Source of the DNA: Octopus sinensis
Lineage: Eukaryota
Direction: 5' to 3'
DNA: 64,000 nt
Assembly (NCBI RefSeq): GCF_006345805.1
Contig: NC_043020.1
Coordinates: 27,404,001-27,468,000, forward strand
The stretch's first letter is position 1. Every line of letters begins with the position of its first letter. The notes under the pieces are model-generated. The model saw nothing but the letters and a program-made list of their open reading frames with translations. It was not told the origin of the DNA and made no database searches. This document shows positions 25,033 to 38,947 of the stretch, in pieces. Position numbers and translations under genes: made by a program.

Positions 25033-26301
25033 CGTATCTATATGTATATATATATGTCATACATATTCATATATATATGTATTATGTATGTATGTATATA
25101 TATATATATATATATATATTCATTATATTATATGGTATATATATATTATATATATATATATATCAAATCATCATCATCGTTTAACATCCGTTCTCCATGC
25201 TAGCATGGGTTGGGACGTTTTGACCGGGATCTGGGAAGCCAGAAGGCTGCACCAGGCTCCAGTCTTATCTGGCAATGTTCTACAACAGCTGGATGCCCTT
25301 CCTAACGCCAACCACTCCGTGAGTGTAGTGGGTGCTTTTTACGTGCCACCTGCACAGGTGCCAGGCGGGGCTGGCAACGGCCACGGTCAGATGGTGTATT
25401 TTATGTGCCACGGCACGGAAGCCAGTCGAGGCGGTGCTGGCATCGGCCACGAGTCGGATAGTGCTTTTCGTAACCACCAGAACCAGGGATCCTGGGTGTT
25501 CAATTCGATTTCGATTTCGCTTGCCCCAACATGTCTTCACAAGCAAAGGGGTTGGCAAGGGTGCCTGTCGTACGGTCGCATTGGATATTTCATTCACGTG
25601 CCACGGCCACGAGTCGGATAGTGCTTTTTACGTACCACCAGACCAGGGATCCTGGCTGGTTCAATTCGATTTCGATTTACACATAAGTATTTTATGTATA
25701 TTATATATATATATATATATACACACATATATGTATATTTATGTATATATATATATATATAGAATATATATATATATATACACATTATGTATATTTATGT
25801 ATATATATATAATATTTATATATATATATATAGATATATACATATTTATATTTATGTATTATATTATAATAATATTATACATAAATGTATATTTATGTAT
25901 ATATATATATATTAATATATAGATATATATTATAATATATCCATATATGTATATTTATGTATATATATATATATATATCTATATATATAATATATATAAA
26001 TATACAGATATGTATATTTAGTATATATATATAATATATATATACATATGATATTTATGTATATATATATACACACCGGAGTAAACACAGAAATGTGAAA
26101 CAAGGTGGAAAAAAAGTACTCAAATACCAGTGGTAGAGTAATATGCTTTATTTTAAGCATCAGAAAATTCAACAAATCTGTTACTCTGAGTTTCTCGTTG
26201 CCGTCATCTAGCAAAAACTGTCTGATGAACGGCCAACGAGAACTCAGAGTAACAGATTTTGTTGAATTTTTCTCTGCTTAAAATAAAGTTATAATATATA
26301 T

Positions 26302-26337
<36 letters not shown>

Positions 26338-26350
26338 CATTATGTATATT

Positions 26351-26391
<41 letters not shown>

Positions 26392-26888
26392 TAGTTATAT
26401 ATTGTATATCTATATGTACATACATATTACGATATATATATGTATTATGTATGTATTATATATATATATTTACATATAATCTCATTATAATTATAGTGTT
26501 ATATCTATATATATATATGCTATCATCATCATCATCGTTTAACATCCGTTCTCCATGCTAGCATGGGTTGGACGGTTTGACCGGGGATCTGGGAAGCAGA
26601 AGGCTGCACCAGGCTCCATCTTATCTGGCAATGTTTCTACAGCTGGATGCCCTTCCTAACGCCAACCACTCCTTGGTGTAGTGGGTGCTTTTTACGTGCC
26701 ACCTGCACAGGTGCCAGGGAGGCTGGCAACGCCACGGTCGGATTGGTGTATTTTACGTGCCACCGGCACGGAAGCCAGTTGAAACGGCACTTGCATCGGC
26801 CACGAGTCGATAGTGCTTTTTACGTACCACCAGACCAGGGATCCTGGCTGATTCAATTCGTTTCGCTTGCCCCACCATGTCTTCGCAA
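23844..26888. repeat. ~1.3-kb unit present 2.3 times in tandem (RTE 3' UTR + TA tract + family A element)
   Basis: ccgttctccatgctagc at 23877, 25188 and 26546; copies differ mostly by 1-nt indels. Confidence 0.85.
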
Positions 26889-28880
26889 GCTATCAACTAC
26901 TTCTAGTTTTTCCCCCTGGAAAGTGACGGAAGTTGTTTTCTTCCTGCAGATTTTCGGAGTTATGCTCCCGAGCATCTGCCACATACAAAAACTATCTTCC
27001 CAGTGAGCCTACCTTTGCATTGCTGCACCTCTTAGGTGTCCATAGCTTACACTGGGTACATCTTATTAGTTTTCTACCTACCACCTTTTCTACAGATCGA
27101 GCAGGGCCACACCTTCCTGAAGACATTTGTGGATTGTCTACCTTCCTACTTATTAGTACTTTGGTTTAGCTAGGTTGACCTAAGGCCCCTTCGATTCTAG
27201 ACCCTCCTTCCACACCTGGAACTTCTCCTCCAGTTCCTGATAGTGACTCAGCAATAGAGCAAGGTCGTCAGCATATAGGAGCTCCCAGGGCAACCTGTCT
27301 TGAATTCCTCCGTAATTGCCTGGAGGACTATGATAAATAGGAGGGGGCTGAGTACTGAACCCTGTGGACCCCAACCTCTACCCGGAATTCTTCACTTACT
27401 CGTTGCCAACCCTCACCTTACTAGCAGCAGTCTCTGTACTGGCTCGCCACAGCTCTAACTAACCCTTCATCTATCCCTAGTTTCCTCATTGACCACCAGA
27501 TAAGGGATCGGGGACCCTATCAAAGGCTTTCTCCATGTCAACGAAAGCCAGGTACAGGGGCTTATCTTTGGCTAGGTATTTCTCCTGCAGCGCTGCCTTA
27601 CCAGGAATATAGCATCAGTGGTACTTTCCCTGGCACGAACCCAAACTGCATCTCATCTAAACTAACTCTCTCTCTAATAGTTGGGCTATGACCCTCTCCG
27701 TAACCTTCATTACCTGATCCAACAGCTTGATACCTCTGTAATTATTTGTATCTAGGGCATCACCTTTACCTTTGTAGCAGTTGACTAGTATGCTGCTACA
27801 CCAGTCATGGGTATGACTCCTCCGTGTATCATCTGGTTGACTATACGGGTGACTAGGTTATAGCCGACACTGCCAGATATTTTGAGCATCTCTGCAGTAT
27901 TCCTGATGGGCTTGGGGCTTTCCCTGTCTTCATGCTTCTAATTGCTTTAACTACCAAAGAATTTTCAACTCGGATGGCTGGTCCCTCTGTTGGGTTGACA
28001 TTCGGCAGACTCTCTTATCCCATTCATTTTCTTTATTCAGCAACCTTTCATAGTGGCATCTCCAAACCTCTCTCTTTGCATCCTCATTTAGCGCAAGTGA
28101 ACCATCATCCATCCGAACACACTTCTCTCTCCTACCACATCACGATCTCTCTCACACACTGTCTTGCAACAACACGAAATACCTCAAGTCTTTTCATCCT
28201 CACGGCACAGAACATGGCAAATTTTTTCTTATCCGCTTCTCTCTGGCTACTAAACCTGTCCGTCTCCTAGCTTCCCTTCTGGCTGTCTGATACATTCCCG
28301 CTCCCTGCTACCACCGTTCTTCCAGTCCCTCCAAGCCTGTTTCTTTTTGTCTAATAGCCCTGTCCACCACATTGTTTCCACCACCACCACCACTTACTAC
28401 TCTGGGTCGAGACGGGAACTTTGCTCCATCCACAGATCTGGTCAGTGGCTCAGCAGATTGTCTCGTAGAAATCTCCAGTTGTCTTCCACATTAAGTGAAG
28501 CTATATCCCCTTCTATTTCGTCAAAGGCTTCGAGTAGTATGTCTCTAAATTCTGTCCATTTGCAGGATCTTTAAGCTTCCAGACACTTTCCTCCAAGCTG
28601 GTCTTCTTCTGGCAACCATTTAGCTCTGATCCTGATGTCCCGCTAACTACTAATCTATGTTGAGGAGTACATTCTTCGCCTGGAAAGGTTTTGGCATTTA
28701 TAAGCAGCCCTCTTTCCCTCTTTTTGGCGAGGATGTAGTCAATCTGACTAGTGTGGTCTGCCAGAACGGTAGGTGACTAGGTGAGAGGTGGTTTCCTGAA
28801 GTTGGTATTGCAAACCATAAGGTCATTTGCCATCGCAGGAACTCCAGCAGCCTGGGTTCCCTCCTCATTTCGAGAGCCAA
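26522..28880 (-). mobile_element. Degenerate RTE-clade LINE (linker + RT fragments, internally deleted, 3' UTR at the low-coordinate end)
   Basis: The minus strand gives PWELLYADDL (27260-27290), AFVDMEKAFD-like and QFGFVPG-like RT segments. Same family as 21503-23170. Confidence 0.85.
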
Positions 28881-30593
28881 AACCATAGCCACCATGAACG
28901 CCATGGAAGCCCCCGACATCTGGGCCACATGTCCATTGAATCCCTTCCACAAAGAGAAGGTCACTGTCATTGTCAACGAGGTAGTTATATATATATATAT
29001 ATTATGAGTATTATTACAATGCAATAATAGTTGTTTTTCCAGTGATAAGCACGTAAAGTTAATTCCAGCAGATATTGTACCTTGTTGTTGTGTCACTATT
29101 TCCTGTTTATATATATATATATATATATCTATATATATATAATATAATATTATACACATACACCCTAAACATACATACATATGTATAATTAATTCTAAAT
29201 TAAATCAATTTATTTATAAATGTATAATCATTTAGTATAACAAAGATAGCTTACTTAAGATTTATAATTAATACTTAACTATGAACATAATGACACATCC
29301 CACAATCAATACAAATATCTTCACTTGAAATTCATTGCTTGAGGTCAAATACAGTTTTATTTTTATACCGAATCCCTTGTACATCAACCCCTGTACGCAA
29401 CTGGTACTTAATTTATCGACCCCGGAAGGATGAAAGGCAAAGTTGACCCTGGCGGAATTTGAACTCAGAATTTTAAAATCAAATCAAATCAAAATCGATG
29501 AACATCAATGGAATTTGTATTTTTGTGGTACCAGCGCCGGTGGCACATAAGAATACCATCCGAACATGGCCGTAGCCAGTACCGCATCGACTGACCTCCA
29601 TGCTGTGGGCACGTAACAAACACCATCTGATCGTGGCCGTGCCAGCCTCGCCTGGCCTCCGTGCCGGTGGCATGTAAAAAACACCATCCGAGCGTGGCCG
29701 TTCGCCAGCCTCGTCTGGCACCTGTGTCGATGGCACATAAAAAGCACCCACTACACTCTCGGAGTGGTTGGCGTTAGGAAGGGCATCCAGCTGTAGAAAC
29801 ACTGCCAGATCTGACTGGAGCCTGGTGCAGCCTCCTGGCATCAAGACCTTGATTGAACTGTCCAACCCATGCTAGCATGGAAAGCGGACGTTAAACGATG
29901 ATGATGATGATGATGATGATGAATGTCATAGCAGAGGAAATACCACTAAGCATTTCACTCAGTGTGCTAATGATTCTGCCAGCATGTGCCTAGTGTACCC
30001 TTATCAGACGGGTAGTCATGATGGGTATACTGGGCTACGTACATTTTACCTTGATGGCATGCACTGCTCTCTCACTCAATAATAATAGTAATAATAATAA
30101 TCGTTTAACGTCCGTTTTCCATGCTAGCATGGGTTAATAATAATAATAATGATAATGATAATAATAATAATAATCCTTTCTACTATAGGCATAAAGCCTG
30201 AAATTTGGGGGAGGGAGATAGTTGATTTACATTGACCCCAGTAGGCAACTGGTACTTAATTTATCCACCCTGAAAGGAAGAAAGGCAGAGTCGACCCTGG
30301 CGGGATTTGAGCTCAGAATGTAAAGGCGCACTAAATGCCACTGAGCATTTTGCCTGGCGTGTTAACGATTCTGCCAGCTTGCTGCCTTAGTAATGATAAT
30401 AATAATTAATTCTTTTTATTGGCCACAAGGGCTGACACACATGATTAGTAAACATAAAGGGACAAAACAGGACGAAAGGTTACAAAGGGTTTTGTCCGTT
30501 TGTGAAAAAATCCAAGTAAAAAACAGTTTAACAACGAAAGATTATAACAATGACAACAATACTAATACCGATAACAATAAAGAAGGTACTTAC

Positions 30594-30714
30594 ATGTAGC
30601 CCATTTGTTTCATGACCATTACGGACACTATTAGTTTGATGTAAAACAAAAGTACGAAATCAACGAGTTCTGCTAATATCCGTTTCCACAGAGATGGAAT
30701 GATGTATTCAGTAG
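30594..30714 (-). CDS. FAM8A1: FAM8A1 exon 2 (TEYIIPSLWKRILAELVDFVLLFYIKLIVSVMVMKQMGY), start of RDD domain
   Basis: ctcttcgtcag acceptor, gtaagt donor; 2+117+2 nt. Matches FAM8A1 EYVIPSLAHRFMAEMVDFFILFFIK. Confidence 0.95.
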
Positions 30715-30806
30715 CTGACGAAGAGGAAAGAGAAAGAGTAAATTATAAGAGAAAAGAGAAAGAGTAAATTATAAGAGAAAAGAGAAAGAGTAAATTATGA
30801 GAGAAT

Positions 30807-30841
<35 letters not shown>

Positions 30842-31798
30842 TAACACGAAGTGTTCCAACATTTCTAACAAAAGCTTTATTAGTTTCCGTTTGTTTTCCA
30901 ATAAACTTTGTTGATTTATCCTGATGTGAGTTCATGGCTGTTTCCTGCACCAGCTTCACATAACCAGCCCCAGCCCAGCCCATCCAAAGTACCTTGGATC
31001 GCAGAACGGTCTGCTGTGCTTACCTTGGATCGTAGGGCGACCTGCTGTGCTTGAGGAGACCTGTTGAGTCAAGTATGTCAACATCGAAATAAAAATCAAA
31101 TGGAAATTGTAGTTGTGATACCAATGCTGGTGGCACGTAAAAAGCACCATCCAAACGTGGCCAATACCAGCGTCGCCTTGACTGGCTTCTGTGCCAGTGG
31201 CACATAAAAAGCACCAATCGATCATGGCCGCTGCCAGCCTCCCCTGGTACCTGTGCTGGTGGCATGTAAAAAGCACCATCCAAATGTGGCCGATGCCAGT
31301 GCTGCCTTGACTGGCTTCCATGCCAATGGCACGTAAAAAGCACCCACTGCGTTAGGAAGGGCATCCAGCTGTAGAAACACTGCCAGATCAGACTGGAGTC
31401 CGGCGCAGCCTCCTGGCTTCCCAGACCCTGTCCAACCCATGCTAGCATGGAAAACGGATGTTAAACGATAATGATGATGATGTGCCCTTTTCTTTACCTG
31501 AATTTTATTTTTTCAAATCGTAATGGTAAATTACGGACACCCTGTATACCTTGGTGAGTTTATAACAAAAATAATTCCAATCCCGAACAGTGCAATCATT
31601 CGCCCCTCCCCTCCACCCTGCTGTGGTCAGGTGTGGCTGTGTGGTAAGAAACTCGCTTCCCAACCACATGGTTCTGAGTTCAGTGCCACTGCATGGCACC
31701 TTGGGCAAGTATCTTCTACTATAGCTTTGAGTTGACCAAAGCCTTGTGAGTGGATTTAGTTGACGGAAACTGAAAGAAGCTTGTCATATATATATATG

Positions 31799-31830
<32 letters not shown>

Positions 31831-31839
31831 TAATATATA

Positions 31840-32066
31840 CCGGAGTAAACACATAAATGTGAAACAAGGTGGAAAAAAGAGTACTCAAATACCAGTGGTA
31901 GAGTAATATGCTTTATTTAAAGCAGCAGAAAATTCAACAAAACCTGTTACTCTGAGTTTCCTGTTGCTGTTCATCGGACAGTTTTTGCTAGAAAAACTGT
32001 CCAATGAACGGCAACGGGAAACTCAGAGTAACAGGTTTTGTTGAATTTTCTGCTGCTTTAAATAAA

Positions 32067-32067
<1 letters not shown>
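31840..32067. mobile_element. Family A palindromic hammerhead element (also 24727-24935 and 26076-26288)
   Basis: ccggagtaaacac head, then near-perfect ~75-bp inverted arms, (TA)n both sides. Motifs at 31997-32034 (+) and 31944-31981 (-). Confidence 0.75.
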
Positions 32068-32112
<45 letters not shown>

Positions 32113-32183
32113 GTGACCTCGTGTGTACCGTTGGCGATTTTTTTTCCTCTGTCTTCCCTTCTCTGGATCTTTCCTTCTCCTAT

Positions 32184-32218
32184 GTTTCCGACGAAGAGCT
32201 CCGCTCGAAACGTTAAAC
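32184..32218 (+). ncRNA. Minimal type I hammerhead-like motif, family B
   Basis: GTTT | CCGACGA | A GAGC-TCC-GCTC | GAAA | CG | TT | AAAC; palindromic ACGT stem III. Confidence 0.65.
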
Positions 32219-32304
32219 CCCACTTCTTTCCTGAGCGTCCAATAATACTATATTTGTTCCACGTCCTCGCGTTGTTGTGTTTTTTTGTGCTTTCTTGTTT
32301 GGAT

Positions 32305-32346
<42 letters not shown>

Positions 32347-32780
32347 CAAGTGTCATATATATACATATATATATATCATCATCATCATCATTGAAAGCGG
32401 ACGTTAAACGATGATGATGATGATATAGAAATATGACAGTTGACAACAAACCACCACTTTATCGTGTTACTACTGTATAAATCACTCTCAGAGATTTAGA
32501 AATGTATTATTTCTATGGGGAACGATCTAACTGACTGGCAACCCCACCTCCCCCAAAATTTCAGGCCTTGCACCTAGAGTAGAGAAGACTAGAACCTGGT
32601 GCAGCTCCCCAGCTTGCCAGCTCCTGTCAGGGCATCCAACCCATGCCGGCATGGACAACAGATGTTGAATGAAGATGATGATGATGATGATGATACACAT
32701 ATACATACACACACACACACATGCATACACTGTGGGGTTTCCTATGTTGGCTGATGACTACAGATCAGGATTTAGCCACC

Positions 32781-34258
32781 ACGTGTGTGTGTGTGTGTGT
32801 GTGTGTCTCTCTTTGCATCCTCCCTGTTTCCCCACCCCACCCCACCACCATTCCCCCCCTCCTTCTCCAAACTACTTTGCTGCCATCTTTGTATTGTTGA
32901 TAAATCGTAAGTCAACAATAGAAAAGGAGAAAAGACGAAATTCTCAAAAGACACTTCATTCTGGCCATTTTCCCAGGCCAGTTCTTTAGAAATTCTTTTC
33001 AATTTTTCTGTCTGTCTGTCTGTCTCTTTTTTCATTCATATCTTTTTGTTTTTCTTTCTTTCATCCTATTTTCACTTACATCCTTCTTTCACTCCCTTCT
33101 TTCTTTTTATAGGTCATGTGTTTGTGTGTATATCTATACCTATACATAGATATATTATACACACATGCACCTACATACATACATACATGCACACATGACT
33201 AGGTTGACGAAAACGTTTGTGCGCCGTGTTAAAAATAATGATTTTTTATGCAAGAATTTATTCAAAATCAACAACAGCTATTCTTCAAAAAAAAGTCCGT
33301 CATTTTCCACGACCTTCTGCCAACGATCTGCAAGCTTTCGGATTTGGTCAAAGTACCAATCCTTCGGCTTCATACCCTTAATTGCTTTATCTATCAGGGT
33401 GCTGTTCATTCAGATAGTTGGTCCCTCTACTGGGTCAACATTTGGCAGGCTCTCTTCCTCCCATTCATTCTCCACATTTAGCAGTCTTTCATAATGGCTT
33501 CTCCAAGCCTTTTTCTTTTCAGAATCATTAAAAGCAAGTGTACCGTCACCCATGCGGACATATTTTTCTCCTGTGGCATCACAATTTTCTCTCACACATT
33601 GTCTTGCAATCTGAAATATTTCAGTTCTTTGGTCCTCACATTGTTGGACATTGGGAAACTTCTTATCTGCTTCTCCCTTGGCTATGTATACCTGTTGCCT
33701 AGCCTCCCTCCTGGCTATCTGGTACAGTTCCCTGCTACCCCCACTCTTTCAGGCTTTTCAGGCCTGTTTCTTTGCTCTAATGGCTTTGTCTACCATCTTA
33801 TTCCACCACCATGTTACTCTAAGTCTGGAAGGGACTTTGCACCATCCGCAGACTTGGTCTGTGGCACTTAGTAAGCTGTAGCATGTACGTGTGTGTGTAT
33901 ATACATACATACATACATATATATATAAATATATATATTTTATATATATATATATATAGTGCCGCTGGACTGCGAGGTCATTGCCAGTGCCGCTGGACTG
34001 GTTCCAGTGCAGGTGGCACGTAAAAAACACCATTTGAGTGTGGCCGCTGCCAGTACTGCCTGACTGGTCCCTGTGCAGGTGGCACGTAAAAGCATCCGCT
34101 ACACTCTCAGAATGGTTGGCGTTAGGAAGGGCATCCAGCTGTAGAAACTCAGCCAGATCAGATTGGAGCCTGGTACAGCCATCTGGTTCGCCAGACCTCA
34201 GTCAAATCGTCCAACCCATGCTAGCATAGAAAGCGGACGTTAAACAATGATGATGATG

Positions 34259-34293
<35 letters not shown>

Positions 34294-35715
34294 GTGTGTC
34301 TCTCTTTGCATCCTCCCTGTTTCCCCACCCCACCCCACCACCATTCCCCCCCTCCTTCTCCAAACTACTTTGCTGCCATCTTTGTATTGTTGATAAATCG
34401 TAAGTCAACAATAGAAAAGGAGAAAAGACGAAATTCTCAAAAGACACTTCATTCTGGCCATTTTCCCAGGCCAGTTCTTTAGAAATTCTTTTCAATTTTT
34501 CTGTCTGTCTGTCTGTCTCTTTTTTCATTCATATCTTTTTGTTTTTCTTTCTTTCATCCTATTTTCACTTACATCCTTCTTTCACTCCCTTCTTTCTTTT
34601 TATAGGTCATGTGTTTGTGTGTATATCTATACCTATACATAGATATATTATACACACATGCACCTACATACATACATACATGCACACATGACTAGGTTGA
34701 CGAAAACGTTTGTGCGCCGTGTTAAAAATAATGATTTTTTATGCAAGAATTTATTCAAAATCAACAACAGCTATTCTTCAAAAAAAAGTCCGTCATTTTC
34801 CACGACCTTCTGCCAACGATCTGCAAGCTTTCGGATTTGGTCAAAGTACCAATCCTTCGGCTTCATACCCTTAATTGCTTTATCTATCAGGGTGCTGTTC
34901 ATCAGATAGTGGTCCCTCTACTGGGTCAACATTTGGCAGGCTCTCTTCCTCCCATTCATTCTCCACATTTAGCAGTCTTTCATAATGGCTTCTCCAAGCC
35001 TTTTTCTTTTCAGAATCATTAAAAGCAAGTGTACCGTCACCCATGCGGACATATTTTTCTCCTGTGGCATCACATTTTCTCTCACACATTGTCTTGCAAT
35101 CTGAAATATATTCAGTTCTTTGGTCCTCACATTGTTGGACATTGGGAAACTTCTTATCTGCTTCTCCTTGGCTATGTATACCTGTTGCCTAGCCTCCCTC
35201 CTGGCTATCTGGTACAGTTCCCTGCTACCCCCACTCTTTCAGGCTTTTCAGGCCTGTTTCTTGCTCTAATGGCTTTGTCTACCATCTTATTCCACCACCA
35301 TGTTACTCTAAGTCTGGAAGGGACTTTGCACCATCCGCAGACTTGGTCTGTGGCACTTAGTAAGCTGTAGCATGTACGTGTGTGTGTATATACATACTAC
35401 ATACATATATATATAAATATATATATTTTATATATATATATATAGTGCCGCTGGACTGGTTCCAGTGCAGGTGGCACGTAAAAAACACCATTGAGTGTGG
35501 CCGCTGCCAGTACTGCCTGACTGGTCCCTGTGCAGGTGGCACGTAAAAGCATCCGCTACACTCTCAGAATGGTTGGCGTTAGGAAGGGCATCCAGCTGTA
35601 GAAACTCAGCCAGATCAGATTGGAGCCTGGTACAGCCATCTGGTTCGCCAGACCTCAGTCAAATCGTCCAACCCATGCTAGCATAGAAAGCGGACGTTAA
35701 ACAATGATGATGATG

Positions 35716-35735
<20 letters not shown>
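32781..35735. repeat. ~1.49-kb tandem duplication
   Basis: ctttgcatcc at 32811 and 34304 (offset 1493); the second copy carries scattered 1-nt deletions. Confidence 0.9.
33270..33875 (-). mobile_element. RTE LINE fragment (EN-RT linker), duplicated at ~34770-35370
   Basis: TWWWNKMVDKAIRAKKQA and KKAWRSHYERLLNVENEWEEESLPNVDPVEGP, homologous to 27900-28400. Confidence 0.8.
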
Positions 35736-35774
<39 letters not shown>

Positions 35775-36984
35775 AGGACGATTGTGGAATCATCATTGTT
35801 ATAGCATCCGCTTTTCCATGTTAGCTTGGCTCAGGTGCAATTAAGGAATTTGTTAACACAGATTTTCCACACCTGGATCTCCTTTTTTTGTCACCAACCC
35901 TCACCTGTTTCTATGTGAAATAATGTTTCTGCATAGTCAGATATGCTTTCATGGAATACTTGAAGCAAACGACACTGCTTGTACAACAGTGGCACTTGCT
36001 TACAACTATCACGTGATGTCATAACAAAAAGGAATACACACACACACACACAAATATACAGACATATCTACTTTTTCCAGCCAAGGGACTGAGGCCACGG
36101 TGAAACACTATCTTGAAAAATTTTAGTCAAACAAATTGACCCCAGTTCTTACTTTTATAAACTTAGTTCTTATTCTATTGGTCTCTCTTTGCTGAACTGC
36201 TAGGTTAAAGGATCACACACACATACACACATACACGATGAGCTTCTTTCAGTTTCTGCCTACCAAATCTACCCACAAGGTCTCGGTTGGCCTGGGGCTA
36301 TAGTATGTGACACTTGGCGAAGGTGCCAGCAGTGGGACTGTACTTGGAGTCAGGTGGTCGGGATGCAAACTTGTTGCCATACGGTCAGGCCTAGTGTGAG
36401 TGTGTGTGTTTGTGTGTAGTATGTATGTATGTGAATATATATAAATGTCAGCATGAAAAATTGGGTATTAAATGATGATATATATACACACGCACACACA
36501 CACACATATTGACAGCTGGTGAAAGAGAGTTTCTCATGAAAGCATGTCAATATGTGTATGTAAATGATATTTATATGTGTATGTATATATGTATACGTGT
36601 GTGTGTATTATCCGGGGTACGTTTGCGTGTGACAGCTGTTATAGGACAGGTAGAAACTTTCTTTAATAAATATAACACAGACATAGCGGAATTGTTGTGA
36701 AGAAGTTTGTTCACTAGGGAAGGAAGAGAGAGAGGAGGAGATACAAACAAACGACACCATGAAAGTATAACTCTTAAATGTAACAGAAAGGAGTGGGTGG
36801 GTGGGTTGGTGTAATCAATTGGCACAATTATCACGAATATAAGAGGTGTGGGTTCAATTCTCATGTGTACTACTACCCACTTTTTTTTCCATCGAGGGCT
36901 TATATGCCCTGATATTAGACTATTTTCTGGTCTGTTTCTGCTTTAATGCAATTTGGTGGAACATTAAAGATAGCAGGGGCTAAT

Positions 36985-37345
36985 TGAGGGGAAATAATTG
37001 TGCCGTATTGTTGTTATGTGATGCAAGTATGATTTATGTTGTGGGCAGATAGCATGGGGCCCAAGTCTTGGGTGTATCTTAAAGGCAATGCCAACATCAT
37101 TTGGGTAATACTGATGGAGTATTTTCCAGATCATGCAGATGATGTAGCACTCATGGTGGCATTGGAGAGAATAAAGTTTGAGCTTTTCTAGTTCACCCCC
37201 AATAGTCAAGGCCTGTCATGCCGTCTATCTTTTTCGTAATTGACCATTGAGATGCTTCAACTTTCATGATATTTTGTTTTGTGTGGGGAGACCACAGTGG
37301 ACAACAGTATTCAAGGTGGGGGTCGGACAAAAGTGGAGAAGAGAA
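36985..37345 (-). mobile_element. Old CR1/L2/Jockey-type LINE RT C-terminal fragment
   Basis: HLEYCCPLWSPH...KKIDGMTGLDYW.ELEKLKLYSLQ...YIICMIWKIL. Confidence 0.75.
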
Positions 37346-38916
37346 GGATAATGGTGTGGACGTCTCTCGACTGGGAAGTTCTGAGAATCCAAGAACACAT
37401 TCTGTGGGCCATATCAACTTTGCTGTTTATATGACTGTGGACAAACAAACGGATTAAGTCGATTACATCGACCCCAGTGCGTAACTGGTACTTATTTAAT
37501 CGGCCCCAAAAGGATGAAAGGCAAAGTCGACCTCGGCGGTATTTGAACTCAGAACATAGCGGCAGACGAAATACCTATTTCTTCACTACCCACAAGGGGC
37601 TAAACACAGAGGGGACAAACAAGGACAGACAAACGGATTAAGTCAATTATATCGACCCCAGTGCGTAACTGGTACTTATTTAATAGACCCCGAATGGATG
37701 AATGGCAAAGTCGACCTCGGCGGAATTTGAACTCAGAACGTAGCGGCAGACGAAATATCACTAAGCATTTCGCCCGGTGTGCTAACGTGTCTGCCAGCTC
37801 CCCACGCCGTATAAAGAAGGGTATATTGGATGATGTATATTCCTAACAAGATATAACGGGTAAACGTGGAGAACTTTAATTTCGAATATATGGGGTAGGT
37901 ATAGAAAGCATCCTGGTTTACATGAAAGCTCGAAGGGAAAACGAAATATTGTTTACTACAGAGATGACCCAGCTGTGGTTGCAGACGTAGAACATCCGTA
38001 ATTTCTACTGACCTTTTACATTTTATGATCAATGCTTTCTTTTTAATGTTGTTTTTAATCAAATACTTGGTAAACGTGGAGGAATACTAAGAAATTTCTG
38101 AATAAATGGAGAATATGTAAAAATAACATAGACCAATTGAAATACCGAAACGAAAACGCAATATTGTTTACTTACAGAGACGGTACTGAAAGAAGTCCAT
38201 ACCCGCTGCCGACTCAATTACATTATTACCATCCTTTTAACGCCCATTTTTCTATGCTTGCTTGGGTCGGGACAGATTTTGTCGAGGCAGGTTTCTCTAC
38301 GGCCCTCCCTTCTGTCGCCAACCATCACTTATTTCCAAGTAAGGTAAATATTTCCTTATGACCAGACATGATGTATGACGGCGATACGAGTTCACAAACA
38401 TCTATGACGGGCTTCTTTCAGTTTTCTTCTATTAAATGGCTCTTCTTTTTCTTCGGAAAACGTTTTGAAAACGAAAATAATTTCTTTATCTTTAAAGTAA
38501 ATATTGCGATTTCGTTTCGGTGTCTCATGAAAGCCAGGGTAGTTTTTATACCTTTTTTTAATACTTCCTCCATTTATTCGAAAATTTACGCTGTATTTCT
38601 CCATATTTACTAAGTATTTAATTAAAAACAACATTAATTAAAAGAAATTACGGAGTTGCTTTGTTTGTAACCAAAGCAGTATCATTTCTACAATTAACGA
38701 AATTTCGTTTTTCGTTCCGTTATCAAGTAAACCAACACTTTTTATAAATTACTTATTTGTTCGAAATTACGCCGTAATTCCCCACATCCACTTATACACA
38801 CATCACACACACCCATATATATATATATATAATTCTTAAACAAGAATACTATTGGCAGTTAAACCATTATCGAACTGTACTCAACAAAAATTGTTTTTAA
38901 AACTACACACACACAC

Positions 38917-38947
<31 letters not shown>

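Noticed and set aside
30729-30799. Triplicated 26-bp unit next to the FAM8A1 exon 2 acceptor
   Set aside because: Ordinary slippage duplication within a polypyrimidine tract; no evidence of function.
36571-36760. Minus-strand open stretch after a good polypyrimidine-AG (VNKLLHNNSAMSVLY...) as an extra FAM8A1 exon
   Set aside because: No homology and no clear donor; exons 1 and 2 already join in phase.
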